The notes below the pieces were generated by a model. It had not been told where the DNA came from and did not search any database. It worked only from the letters and a program-made list of their open reading frames with translations. Position numbers and translations under genes: made by a program. From Bryobacteraceae bacterium (GTDB lineage: Bacteria; Acidobacteriota; Terriglobia; Bryobacterales; Bryobacteraceae): DNA of 64,000 nt. The stretch lies in NCBI GenBank assembly GCA_036521975.1, contig DATDGT010000371.1:702-64701 (forward strand), written 5' to 3'. This document shows positions 38,418-47,019 of the stretch, piece after piece. The stretch's first letter is position 1, and each line of letters opens with the position of its first letter.

Positions 38418-38816
38418 TTATGGGTTGTCATCCTCCATTAGTTCTGCGATTTGTTTTTGCAGTTTCTTGTGCTCGGAGCTCTCGTTCGCGGCCCTATCGT
38501 CGCCGGTCACGACTGTGACCAGGGGGAATTTGGTCGTTCCAGAGAGAGCGTCGTATACGGTTTCAAAGGCCAGTTCCGAGTGTCCGAAGTAGACGAGGGA
38601 ATAGCACTTTCCCTGTGGGAAGTTGTAATGGTGGCGAAAGAACAGAGTTTCAAAATCGGTGCCGTTGTCTTTTCGCCATGCGGTTTCAAATTCGCGGGCT
38701 TCGTCAGCGCACTTCGCTTCCAACTGGAAACGCTCTGACGCGGACATTTTGCCACTCGTCAGTTTGTCACACGACGCGAGCGGGATAATTAACACAATGG
38801 CCAGTACGGGCCGCAT
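38418..38816 (-). CDS. lipoprotein, unknown function
   Basis: The start is set at the ATG at 38816. MRPVLAIVLIIPLASC contains the lipobox LASC. Confidence 0.55.
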   Translation of the reverse strand: MRPVLAIVLIIPLASCDKLTSGKMSASERFQLEAKCADEAREFETAWRKDNGTDFETLFFRHHYNFPQGKCYSLVYFGHSELAFETVYDALSGTTKFPLVTVVTGDDRAANESSEHKKLQKQIAELMEDDNP

Positions 38817-39251
38817 CACATTGACTTGTAGCTGGACATTTAACGCGTGGGTTTGATGCAAAAGAATTGCCACATGGCGGAATGCAGACGGCGCTCTTCA
38901 ACTTGCCGTTTTAGGACACATTATCATCCACATGTTGGCGAGCGTTACGGGTTTAAAATCGCAGTTCCTGAATGCCGCGGGGCTGCCGGCCGATCCAATC
39001 GCGATCGGGTTGGCCCTAGCTGTCGGCGTCATATTCGGAAATCAGCGCGTATTTGCATGTGTGCGTCGCGATCCGGTCGGCTTAGGTCGTTGAGGATGGC
39101 TGACGAAGCCTGATATGGCGCTGACCGAGCAGGAAGCAGCGGATTGGAAGAGTGGCGAGCTCGCTACTCGCGAAGCTGAAGAAGGTGGTGCTCGATTGGC
39201 AGAAGCAGCAGACGACCATGCCAATGGTACGGACCACGATTCAGGACGTTC

Positions 39252-39305
39252 TGGAGGACGGCTTGCCGAGGGCATAGTTTTGGAGGACGGCTTGCCGAGG
39301 GCATA
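39252..39305. repeat. 25-bp perfect direct repeat x2 (4-bp spacer)
   Basis: TGGAGGACGGCTTGCCGAGGGCATA occurs at 39252-39276 and 39281-39305, in the 670-bp gap between the protease and lipoprotein genes. Confidence 0.9.
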
Positions 39306-39484
39306 TACGAAGGAATTCTGGGAGGAAAGTGCAGCGCCGTCCGCCAGCGCTTCTATGAGATGTAGACCGGCGGGTACCGTCTCCGACGTTCATGATGCCG
39401 CATCGTAAGCTGAAACCTTAGGATTCGGCACCGCTCCGTTTTCGGGGACGAAGAACTTGCTCAGCGGTTGCAAGGATCAAAAAA

Positions 39485-40615
39485 TCACGGCAGATACAGC
39501 CCCAGCGAGATTACAGCACCATTCCCGTCCGCGAGCAAGACGAGGCGACGATTCTGATAATAGAAGAGGCGCGTGCCATTTGGGTTCTTCACCTCTCTGT
39601 AGTTGCGACCCCAGGCGGCCTGCGCCTCTCGCAGCGTGAGGCGTACGGGATATACGAAAATCCTACGAAGACGGCTCGTCTCGTTCGAGAAGTCTAATTC
39701 AAACTCCCTCACGGCACCCGTAGGATCGGGAAAGGCGTAGATCAACCCGTCAACTGCCTTGCCATCCAGAGCATCTCGTTGGCGAAGAGGCTCACCCAGT
39801 ACACGCTTTGCGTCTACAAGGCCCCATACCCCCAACTGCTTCTCAAGAAATGCCATGCTACCTTTACGCATTTCATCAGGTATCACCAGTGCCGTTGATG
39901 TTAACTGCGCTTTTCCAGGTGTCGTTTCTGGCGGCTGTTCCGGTTCGTAGATCGAAGCAAGTGATTGCGTTTGGGTGATTCCAAGCATCCCCCGAGCGTA
40001 GTCAATAGGGATCGCGAAATTGAGGTTCTGGCCGCCCTCCACGCTTAGAACAGCGATTCCGATCACCTCTCCGCTCCCATTGAAGACCGGGCCCCCGGAA
40101 CTTCCTGGGCTAATGGGTGCACTCATTTGGAAAAGCCGGTATCCATCCATTTCACGAATGCCGCTGACTAGTCCCTGCGAAAGCGTATTCTGCAAACCTA
40201 AAGGGCTGCCGATTGAATAAACCGTCTGTCCGATCTCGACAGAGTTTGATCTGCCCAACCGCGCCGGGTGCAAATCGACAGCCGGGATCTTTAGGAACGC
40301 GATGTCCTTCCGTTTGTCTACCGCCAACACTTCAACCAAGTCATAAGCATCGCCGTTCGCCAACTTGACAGTCGCCTGCTTCGCGTGAGACACGACGTGG
40401 TAGTTGGTAAGAAGCTTTCCGTCTGGACTCACCAGCAGCCCGCTTCCCGTTTTCACCGGTTTGCCATCGGATCCTATCGCCTCAATCAGGACGACCGACG
40501 GAGATGCCTGTTTGTACAGCGTTCCGGCGTCGAGAACTGATTGCGCCTCAAGTCCGAATGCAGCCGAGAATAGAAATGTGAAACAAAGTGAGGCACTGGC
40601 AGTGGTCCGTGTCAT
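39485..40615 (-). CDS. secreted trypsin-like (S1/HtrA-like) serine protease with an unassigned ~150-aa C-terminal domain and no recognisable PDZ
   Basis: The start is at ATG 40615, with a signal peptide. The catalytic triad context is TNYHVV, KDIAFLK and GSSGGPVF. Confidence 0.75.
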   Translation of the reverse strand: MTRTTASASLCFTFLFSAAFGLEAQSVLDAGTLYKQASPSVVLIEAIGSDGKPVKTGSGLLVSPDGKLLTNYHVVSHAKQATVKLANGDAYDLVEVLAVDKRKDIAFLKIPAVDLHPARLGRSNSVEIGQTVYSIGSPLGLQNTLSQGLVSGIREMDGYRLFQMSAPISPGSSGGPVFNGSGEVIGIAVLSVEGGQNLNFAIPIDYARGMLGITQTQSLASIYEPEQPPETTPGKAQLTSTALVIPDEMRKGSMAFLEKQLGVWGLVDAKRVLGEPLRQRDALDGKAVDGLIYAFPDPTGAVREFELDFSNETSRLRRIFVYPVRLTLREAQAAWGRNYREVKNPNGTRLFYYQNRRLVLLADGNGAVISLGLYLP

Positions 40616-40711
40616 CCTTCTTCTCCGATGATGAGCGAGTCTAGCGCGAATGCCTCGGCCCGTCAATACTACCCAAAGCGGAGAGGTCCTACGTCCCTCG
40701 GGCGGCAAGGG

Positions 40712-41500
40712 CTAAGAGTAGTCAGCGATGGTGAGTGTGTAGAGGTTACCAGTACGGACTGCTTGTTTGATTGGCAGGCTCGGAGCGCATTTTCTAACGA
40801 CTTCGGCGATGGTGCGCTGATCGGCCTCGCACCCTATGATGACCGATTTCAGTGCTCCATCCGGCAAGCGAAAGAAATCGCCAATAGGGTAAAGAAAGTC
40901 GGGGGCTGGGGTCTCGATGCTTACAAGCCGATACTCCTGCTCGTACAGCCAGTCAGACGACTTAGTAAGGATCAACTCCATGACTCTTCCCGGATTTTCG
41001 TGGATGTCACACGGCGCCCACCGAGGGTATTCCTTCTGATAGATGACCTCACAGGCGCGCCGGAATAGAGGGTTCGACGTGCTAAATTCCAGACAGATAC
41101 CTCGATGGTTTTCGGCATAGTGTGACCATATGAGAGTGGAGTCTGGTTTTGGGGTAAGGCAATAAATTCGTCTTCTGGCGAGCATAGCCTCAATCGGTGG
41201 TGAGGCATTAATCATAAAGGAGACGCGAAACTCTGGATCGGAGCGCATCTTGGCCGCCCAAAGATGTTTGTCTGGGTGCTCTTGACGCCACGCGATTTCA
41301 CGCTCCAAAATTTCGGGGTCGTCGAGCGCATGCGGGTCGAACACCGGCTTACAGTCCCAGGGATCGTTCAGGTTCTTCGGGTCCGAGCAGTGAATGATGT
41401 TCTTCTGAAGAATGGTGGCGAGATACTCAAGATTGAATTTCTCGTAGTGGTATAGGAGGGCGATGTCGTTCTGGAATGCGGTTCGGTGAAGTTGTTCCAT
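40712..41500 (-). CDS. DUF2971-family protein (paralogue 2, full length)
   Basis: 262-aa ORF with LLYHYEKF, HCSDPKNLNDPWDCKP, RRIYCLTPKPDSTLIWSHYAENHRGICLE, TKSSDWLYEQEYR and LPDGALKSVIIGC. Confidence 0.7.
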   Translation of the reverse strand: MEQLHRTAFQNDIALLYHYEKFNLEYLATILQKNIIHCSDPKNLNDPWDCKPVFDPHALDDPEILEREIAWRQEHPDKHLWAAKMRSDPEFRVSFMINASPPIEAMLARRRIYCLTPKPDSTLIWSHYAENHRGICLEFSTSNPLFRRACEVIYQKEYPRWAPCDIHENPGRVMELILTKSSDWLYEQEYRLVSIETPAPDFLYPIGDFFRLPDGALKSVIIGCEADQRTIAEVVRKCAPSLPIKQAVRTGNLYTLTIADYS

Positions 41501-41690
41501 TCGATGGAACTTCGTTATAAAACCAATTGTAGTCGATTTTGTATTAACAGCCGCTTCATCAATTCAATGGTCCGAGGTGACGGCTTGCGCTTTCCCGTCC
41601 CCCATCGCCGGATCGTGATCCGGGCGCTCCTCCTGCCGAAGCCAAAGCGGACGGCGAACTGGAATGCCGCGCGGCGGCGGCCTCCGGAGG

Positions 41691-41933
41691 TTAGGCATTT
41701 CTGAACTGTCTATGGAAAACTATACGTTCGATGTGATCAGAGAGGAGACGGATCTCCTGTGGGTCCGAAGCCGCCTTAAGGCGCTTTAGCAAATTCAGCA
41801 AAGATTTGTCCGAGGTGTCGAATTGGCTCTTGCCGGCCGTTCCACGCCGGCCAGGTACGGGCTTAGAACCTTTCGACGCTCCTTTCGCTTTCGCGCGCGT
41901 GGAACTGGTCGAATTAGCGAACTTCGAGGGCAC
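41691..41933 (-). CDS. hypothetical small basic protein
   Basis: 80-aa ORF with a Lys/Ser-rich N-terminus. I recognise no family. Confidence 0.3.
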   Translation of the reverse strand: MPSKFANSTSSTRAKAKGASKGSKPVPGRRGTAGKSQFDTSDKSLLNLLKRLKAASDPQEIRLLSDHIERIVFHRQFRNA

Positions 41934-41980
41934 GACCTAATTATAAACGTGGCGCCGGGACTGTATGATAGACGGTTCCA

Positions 41981-43507
41981 ATGTCTACACTGCTGTTGCG
42001 AGCAACCGGGATCACCAAGACCTTTGCCGGAGTGCGAGCGCTCCACGCAGCGAGTTTCGACCTTGAGCCTTGGGAAGTCCACGCGCTGGTGGGCGAGAAC
42101 GGAGCCGGAAAGTCCACGCTCATTCGAATCATCACCGGCGCGGAGACGCCCGATGCAGGATTGCTCCAAGTGGAAGGCCGCGTGGTTACGGACCATCGGC
42201 CCAAGGTTTCGAAAAGCCTGGGAATCGCGGCGATTTACCAGCAGCCTGCTCTGTTCCCGGACCTGAGCGTGGCTGAGAATATCGCCCTGGCGCTCGAAAC
42301 GGGCGGCCTCGTCGCCCGACATGAGGGGACGTGGCGCAAGGTGGATTGGCGCGCGCGGAACCAGCGCGCCAGAGAACTGTTGGAGCAGGTCGGGGCCGCC
42401 ATCGATCCGGACCGCCCGGCTTCCTCGCTCAGCTTGCCGGAGCAGCAGTTGGTGGAAATCTCCAAGGCGATCGGGGCGAAGGCTCGAATCCTGATCATGG
42501 ATGAGCCCACGGCTTCGCTTACGGAATCCGAAGTGGAACGCTTGTTTCGGCTGATCGCTGCGTTTCGCGCGGAAGGCCGCGGAATCGTATATATCTCGCA
42601 CAGGTTGGAGGAGATCTTCTCGATCGCGGACCGCATCACGGTCCTGCGTGACGGCGAAACGGTGGGGACGCAGTACAAAAACCAAATCACGAAGGAAGAA
42701 GTCATCCGGCAGATGGCCGGGCGGGAACTATCGGCCGCGTTCCCGAAACCGCGGGTTCCTGTCGGAGAAATCGCGCTGGAGGTACGGAGGCTATCGAATA
42801 AGAGAGCGGGTCTTAGCCACATTTCCTTGCATGTCAGGTGCGGAGAGATTTTGGGTTTGGCCGGTTTGCTGGGCGCCGGGCGGACCGAGTTGGCGGAGAC
42901 GATCTTCGGCCTCACGCCTGCCGATTCAGGAGAGGTTCTGGTGCGCGGCAAACCGGTGCGGATCGCATCGCCTTCGCAGGCGATCGGGTACGGCATCGGC
43001 TACGTGCCTGAAGATCGCCGCCGGCACGGAGTGGTGATCGAGATGCCTATTGCCTCGAATGTGAGCCTCGCCAGTTTGCGGGCAGTCGCGCCCGCCGGCT
43101 TGATCGATCGCAAGGCTGAGCGCGAACTCGCGCTTCGTTATATGGGTCAGTTGCGCATTAGGGCTGAATCGGTCCAGTCGAGCGCCGGAACGCTTTCCGG
43201 CGGCAATCAGCAAAAGGTCGCGCTGGCGCGATGGTTGGCTACCGGCCCCGCGGTGCTGATCCTGAACGAACCGGCGCAGGGAGTGGATGTAGCCTCTAAG
43301 CAGGAGATTCACAAGCTGATGGTGGATTTGGCCGGACGCGGAATGGCGATCGTCATGATTTCGTCGGAGCTTCCGGAAATTATCGCGATGAGTGACCGCA
43401 TCGTGGTGATGCGGGCGGGCCGCATCCGCGGAGAGCTTTCGAACCACGTTTCCAATCAGGAGACAACGCCCGAGAAGATCCTTTCGCTGGCGCTGGGACA
43501 CGAATAG
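41981..43507 (+). CDS. sugar ABC transporter ATP-binding protein (duplicated ABC domains; rhamnose transporter by context)
   Basis: 508-aa ORF with GENGAGKST, LSLPEQQLVEI and a second LSGGNQQKVALA. It ends with TAG at 43505-43507. Confidence 0.85.
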   Translation: MSTLLLRATGITKTFAGVRALHAASFDLEPWEVHALVGENGAGKSTLIRIITGAETPDAGLLQVEGRVVTDHRPKVSKSLGIAAIYQQPALFPDLSVAENIALALETGGLVARHEGTWRKVDWRARNQRARELLEQVGAAIDPDRPASSLSLPEQQLVEISKAIGAKARILIMDEPTASLTESEVERLFRLIAAFRAEGRGIVYISHRLEEIFSIADRITVLRDGETVGTQYKNQITKEEVIRQMAGRELSAAFPKPRVPVGEIALEVRRLSNKRAGLSHISLHVRCGEILGLAGLLGAGRTELAETIFGLTPADSGEVLVRGKPVRIASPSQAIGYGIGYVPEDRRRHGVVIEMPIASNVSLASLRAVAPAGLIDRKAERELALRYMGQLRIRAESVQSSAGTLSGGNQQKVALARWLATGPAVLILNEPAQGVDVASKQEIHKLMVDLAGRGMAIVMISSELPEIIAMSDRIVVMRAGRIRGELSNHVSNQETTPEKILSLALGHE

Positions 43508-44470
43508 ATGGCGGCCAAACATCGCAGGGAGATCTCGATCGCGATCACCATCGTGGCGCTCTAGATCGTGATGGCGTTTGCCGCCCCGAGTTTTTTCACG
43601 CTTGCGAATCAGCGCGACGTATTGATGGCCAACATGCCGGTATTGATCGCTGCGCTGGGGATGACGTTGATCGTTCTCACCGGACAAATCGACATTTCGA
43701 TCGGTTCGCAATTCGCCATCTGCTCGGTCGCAGCCGGACTGGCAGCGAAGTCCGGGCTTCCTCTGCCGGCGGTGGCCTTGGCCGTCTTGCTGTCGGGCGC
43801 CCTGCTCGGCGCGATCAACGGGGCCTTGGTAGCCTGGGCTCGAATTCCATCAATCGTCGTAACCCTGGCTGCGATGGTGGCTCTTCGCGACGCATTGCGG
43901 TGGGCAACGCAAGGCGCCTGGGTCCAGGAGTTACCGCGCAGTTTTCAATGGCTTGGCCTGACGCTGTCGGCCTTTCAGATGGTGACTGCAGGTATCGCGG
44001 CGATCCTGTTCGCCGGTGCCGCCTGGGGATTGCGAAACATGCCAGCAGGACGGGCCGTGTACGCGGTTGGGTCCAACGAGAACACCGCGCGCCTGGCGGG
44101 AATCGACGCCGCACGGGTGACGTTCTGGGCATTTACGGCCGCTGGAGCGCTCACGGCCTGCGCGGCGCTGCTGAATTCGGCGCGCTTCAATCAGATTCCA
44201 AGCAACGCGGGGTTGGGAATGGAGCTGAGGGTGATCGCGGCGGTGGTCGTGGGCGGAACGGCGATCCGCGGTGGCCGCGGCACTGTGGTGGGAACGCTAC
44301 TCGGCGTGATTCTGCTCGGGGCCATCGGACCGGCGCTGACCTTCCTAGGCATTAGCGCTTATTGGGAGAAGGCAATCCAGGGAGCGATTATCCTGATGGC
44401 CGTCGCCACCGAGGCGTGGCCCTCGCAGGCGAGGACATGGGAAGACGGGCTTGTCCGTGACTATAACTAA
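43508..44470 (+). CDS. sugar ABC transporter permease, interrupted by an in-frame TAG at 43562-43564 (intact from GTG 43568)
   Basis: ATG 43508 abuts the ATPase stop and encodes MAAKHRREISIAITIVAL*IVMAFAAPSFFTLANQRD. The stop falls inside predicted TM1. The downstream sequence is the RbsC-like GQIDIS... Confidence 0.7.
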
Positions 44471-44519
44471 GTACTCCGTTTCCAGAGAGCAATGTGGGGC
44501 AGCGCTCTGCGCTGCGGCG

Positions 44520-44574
44520 GGCCCTCGGCCCGCCCCGTGCAGGCGGCCTGAGAGGCCGCCGCAGGCCGAGGGCC
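44520..44574 (+). other. nested GC-rich intercistronic stem-loop
   Basis: GGCCCTCGGCC (44520-30) pairs with GGCCGAGGGCC (44564-74). Inside it, GGCGGCC-TGAGA-GGCCGCC (44542-60) forms a second stem. Confidence 0.7.
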
Positions 44575-44589
44575 TGCGCCACCGTACAT

Positions 44590-46623
44590 ATGAAACCGCG
44601 TACTGAGCGCTGGTTCCCCAATAGCGAGTGGATCTTGCCGCTCGCGCTGCTGGCCGAAATCGTGGTGTTCTCGACACTAGCGGACAACTTCTTCACTCTG
44701 CGAAATTTCTTCGAGATCGTTCGCACCAGCGTCGAAGTCGGATTGCTGGCGCTCGCCTTGACCCCGGTAATCGTATCCGGCGGGATCGATCTCTCGGTGG
44801 GCTCGATGATGGGCCTTGCGGCGGTGGTCTTCGGAGCCGCCTGGGAAAATTGGCATGCGCCGCTGGTTGTTGCCGCCGGTCTGGCTCTTCTTGTGGGCTG
44901 CGCGGGCGGCGCGCTGAATGCGCTCCTGATTGCGCGCTTCGGCATTCCGGCGCTGATCGTGACCCTGGGCTCTTTCTCTTTGTTTCGCGGAATCGCGGAA
45001 GGCATCACGCATGGCGCGGTGAACTACAGCGGGTTTCCGCGGGGCTGGCTTTTTCTTGGCCAAGGCTACCTGGGCGGCGTGGTTCCGGCGCAAATCCCGA
45101 TATTTCTGACGGCGCTCGCCGGCTACGCTGTGCTCCTGCACCGCTCCTCAATTGGGCGGGCGCTCTACGCGATCGGATTTTCCGCAGGGAACACGCGTTA
45201 TGCGGGCATTCCCGTCGCGAAACGGATTGGCTTGGTATACCTGCTTTCCGGCGTGGCGGCGAGCCTCGCCGCCATTGTCTACGTCGCGCATCTGGGGCAG
45301 GCGAAATCGGATGCCGGAACCGGGTACGAACTGGATGCGATTACCGCTGTAGTTCTCGGGGGCGCCTCCGTATTCGGCGGACGCGGGACTATTGGCGGAA
45401 CGCTGCTCGGGGTCCTTTCACTAGCGGTGTTGCAGAATGGCGTGCACCTGGCGGCGTTGCCTTCCGAATTGACCGGTGTGCTGACTGGAACGCTTCTGGT
45501 GGCCTCCATAGGCATCGACCGCTTCCGCGTCCGCAATTCGGGAGCGTTGATTCAGAGCCGCGACGGGGCGCCCTCTCGGCCGCGTGCGGTCGCCGTTTTG
45601 TGCAGCGCGATTCTCGCTGGAGCGTTGATCATCGCGGGCACGAATACACGGCTGGTGCGCTCTATTAGATCCGCGGCGGATCTTCCAATTTCGAACGGCG
45701 CGCGGCGCCCTCCGGTGATCGCCGTGATGCCCAAGGCTAAAGGCGATCCGTATTTCATAAGCTGCCGCAAGGGCGCCGAGGAAGCCGCGCGCGAACTGGG
45801 AGTGGATCTGATTTGGGATGGTCCCACCAGCCTGGACGCGGCCAAGCAGAATGAGATCGTCGAGAGCTGGATTACCCGCCAGGTTGACGTAATCGCTGTG
45901 TCTGTTGAGAATCAGGCCGGCATCTCGACGGTTCTCCGCAAAGCGCGCGCGCACGGCATCCGCGTGCTGACCTGGGACGCTGACGCAGCGCCCGACGCGC
46001 GCGATTTCTTCGTCAACCAGGCCACCGCACAGGCCATCGGCGAGACGCTAGCGGACGAGGCCGCGCGCCTGCTAAACGGCGCCGGTGAATTCGCGATCGT
46101 CACGGGCGCGCTCAGCGCCGCCAATCAAAACGAATGGATCAAATTCATTCGCCGGCGTGTCGCACAGGAGCATCCACTTCTGAAACTAGATACCATTCAG
46201 CCGAGCGATGACGATCGCGACAAGGCTTTCTCCGAGACCCAGACCATCGTCAAAGTGTTTCCAGGAGTGAAGCTGGTGATGGCAATCTCGGCTCCGGCCG
46301 TTCCCGGAGCCGCCGAAGCGATTCGCCAGATGGATCTCCAAGCCGGAAGCAAGGCCGTAGACGTCATCGGGCTTTCGCTTCCGAACATCTCCAAACCCTA
46401 TATTCACTCGGGGCTGGTTCAAGAGATCGTTCTATGGAACACTACGGATCTCGGGTACTTGACGGTCTATGCCGGCTCGCTTCTGGCGGAAAACAAGATG
46501 GTCAACGGAGCCAAATCGATCCAAGCCGGAAGACTTGGGAACCTGGAGATTCGCGGCAGTGACATCATCCTGGGCACTCCCCTGATCATTAACAATTCCA
46601 ACGCGGACCAGTTCGATTTTTAA
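44590..46623 (+). CDS. ABC permease fused in frame to a periplasmic sugar-binding protein (no stop between the two)
   Basis: The start is at ATG 44590 (MKPRTERWF...). The permease runs to ~GIDRFRVRN. A signal/anchor-like RPRAVAVLCSAILAGALIIAG follows, then a type-I PBP domain (VIAVMPKAKGDPYF...DVIAVSVEN...). Confidence 0.65.
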   Translation: MKPRTERWFPNSEWILPLALLAEIVVFSTLADNFFTLRNFFEIVRTSVEVGLLALALTPVIVSGGIDLSVGSMMGLAAVVFGAAWENWHAPLVVAAGLALLVGCAGGALNALLIARFGIPALIVTLGSFSLFRGIAEGITHGAVNYSGFPRGWLFLGQGYLGGVVPAQIPIFLTALAGYAVLLHRSSIGRALYAIGFSAGNTRYAGIPVAKRIGLVYLLSGVAASLAAIVYVAHLGQAKSDAGTGYELDAITAVVLGGASVFGGRGTIGGTLLGVLSLAVLQNGVHLAALPSELTGVLTGTLLVASIGIDRFRVRNSGALIQSRDGAPSRPRAVAVLCSAILAGALIIAGTNTRLVRSIRSAADLPISNGARRPPVIAVMPKAKGDPYFISCRKGAEEAARELGVDLIWDGPTSLDAAKQNEIVESWITRQVDVIAVSVENQAGISTVLRKARAHGIRVLTWDADAAPDARDFFVNQATAQAIGETLADEAARLLNGAGEFAIVTGALSAANQNEWIKFIRRRVAQEHPLLKLDTIQPSDDDRDKAFSETQTIVKVFPGVKLVMAISAPAVPGAAEAIRQMDLQAGSKAVDVIGLSLPNISKPYIHSGLVQEIVLWNTTDLGYLTVYAGSLLAENKMVNGAKSIQAGRLGNLEIRGSDIILGTPLIINNSNADQFDF

Positions 46624-46683
46624 CTACCTCCGGCTTCGGTAGAATCGGGGAGAAGACAGGGTCGGCATTTATTACATATCGCA

Positions 46684-46984
46684 ATGAAGTCACACGAATC
46701 ATCTCGGTCCGCCGGGCGCGTGAGGAAGAAGAAGCGCTCTACCTCGTCGGCTAGAGCACTGTCTGCTTCCAAGTTGGATGCGATGCACGATGGGGGACGA
46801 AACCTGACGGCATACCTCGACTTGAGCAAGGCCACACGTCCGGGGCATAAGATCCAGCGCGTCAACGTGGATTTTCCCATTGACCTGCTGCGCGTCATCG
46901 ACCGCGAGGCGAGACGAGTGGGCGTTAAGCCGCCAAGCCTTCATCAAATTGAGGCTGGCCGACACGCTTCCCAAATCTCGCTGA
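46684..46984 (+). pseudogene. CopG/ribbon-helix-helix-type antitoxin relic with a frameshift
   Basis: Frame 1 reads KIQRVNVDFPIDLLRVIDREARRVG. After a shift near 46920, the next frame continues LSRQAFIKLRLADTLPKSR* with its stop at 46982-84. No partner toxin is present. Confidence 0.45.
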
Positions 46985-47019
46985 GCGGCAACGTCGCTAA
47001 GGCTAACTTATTGCCAGTA

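Noticed and set aside
44494-44589. N-terminal extension of the second permease ORF (MGQRSALRRALGPPRAGG...)
   Set aside because: It is the translation of the GC-rich intercistronic stem-loop. A proper start (ATG 44590, MKPRTERWF) follows.
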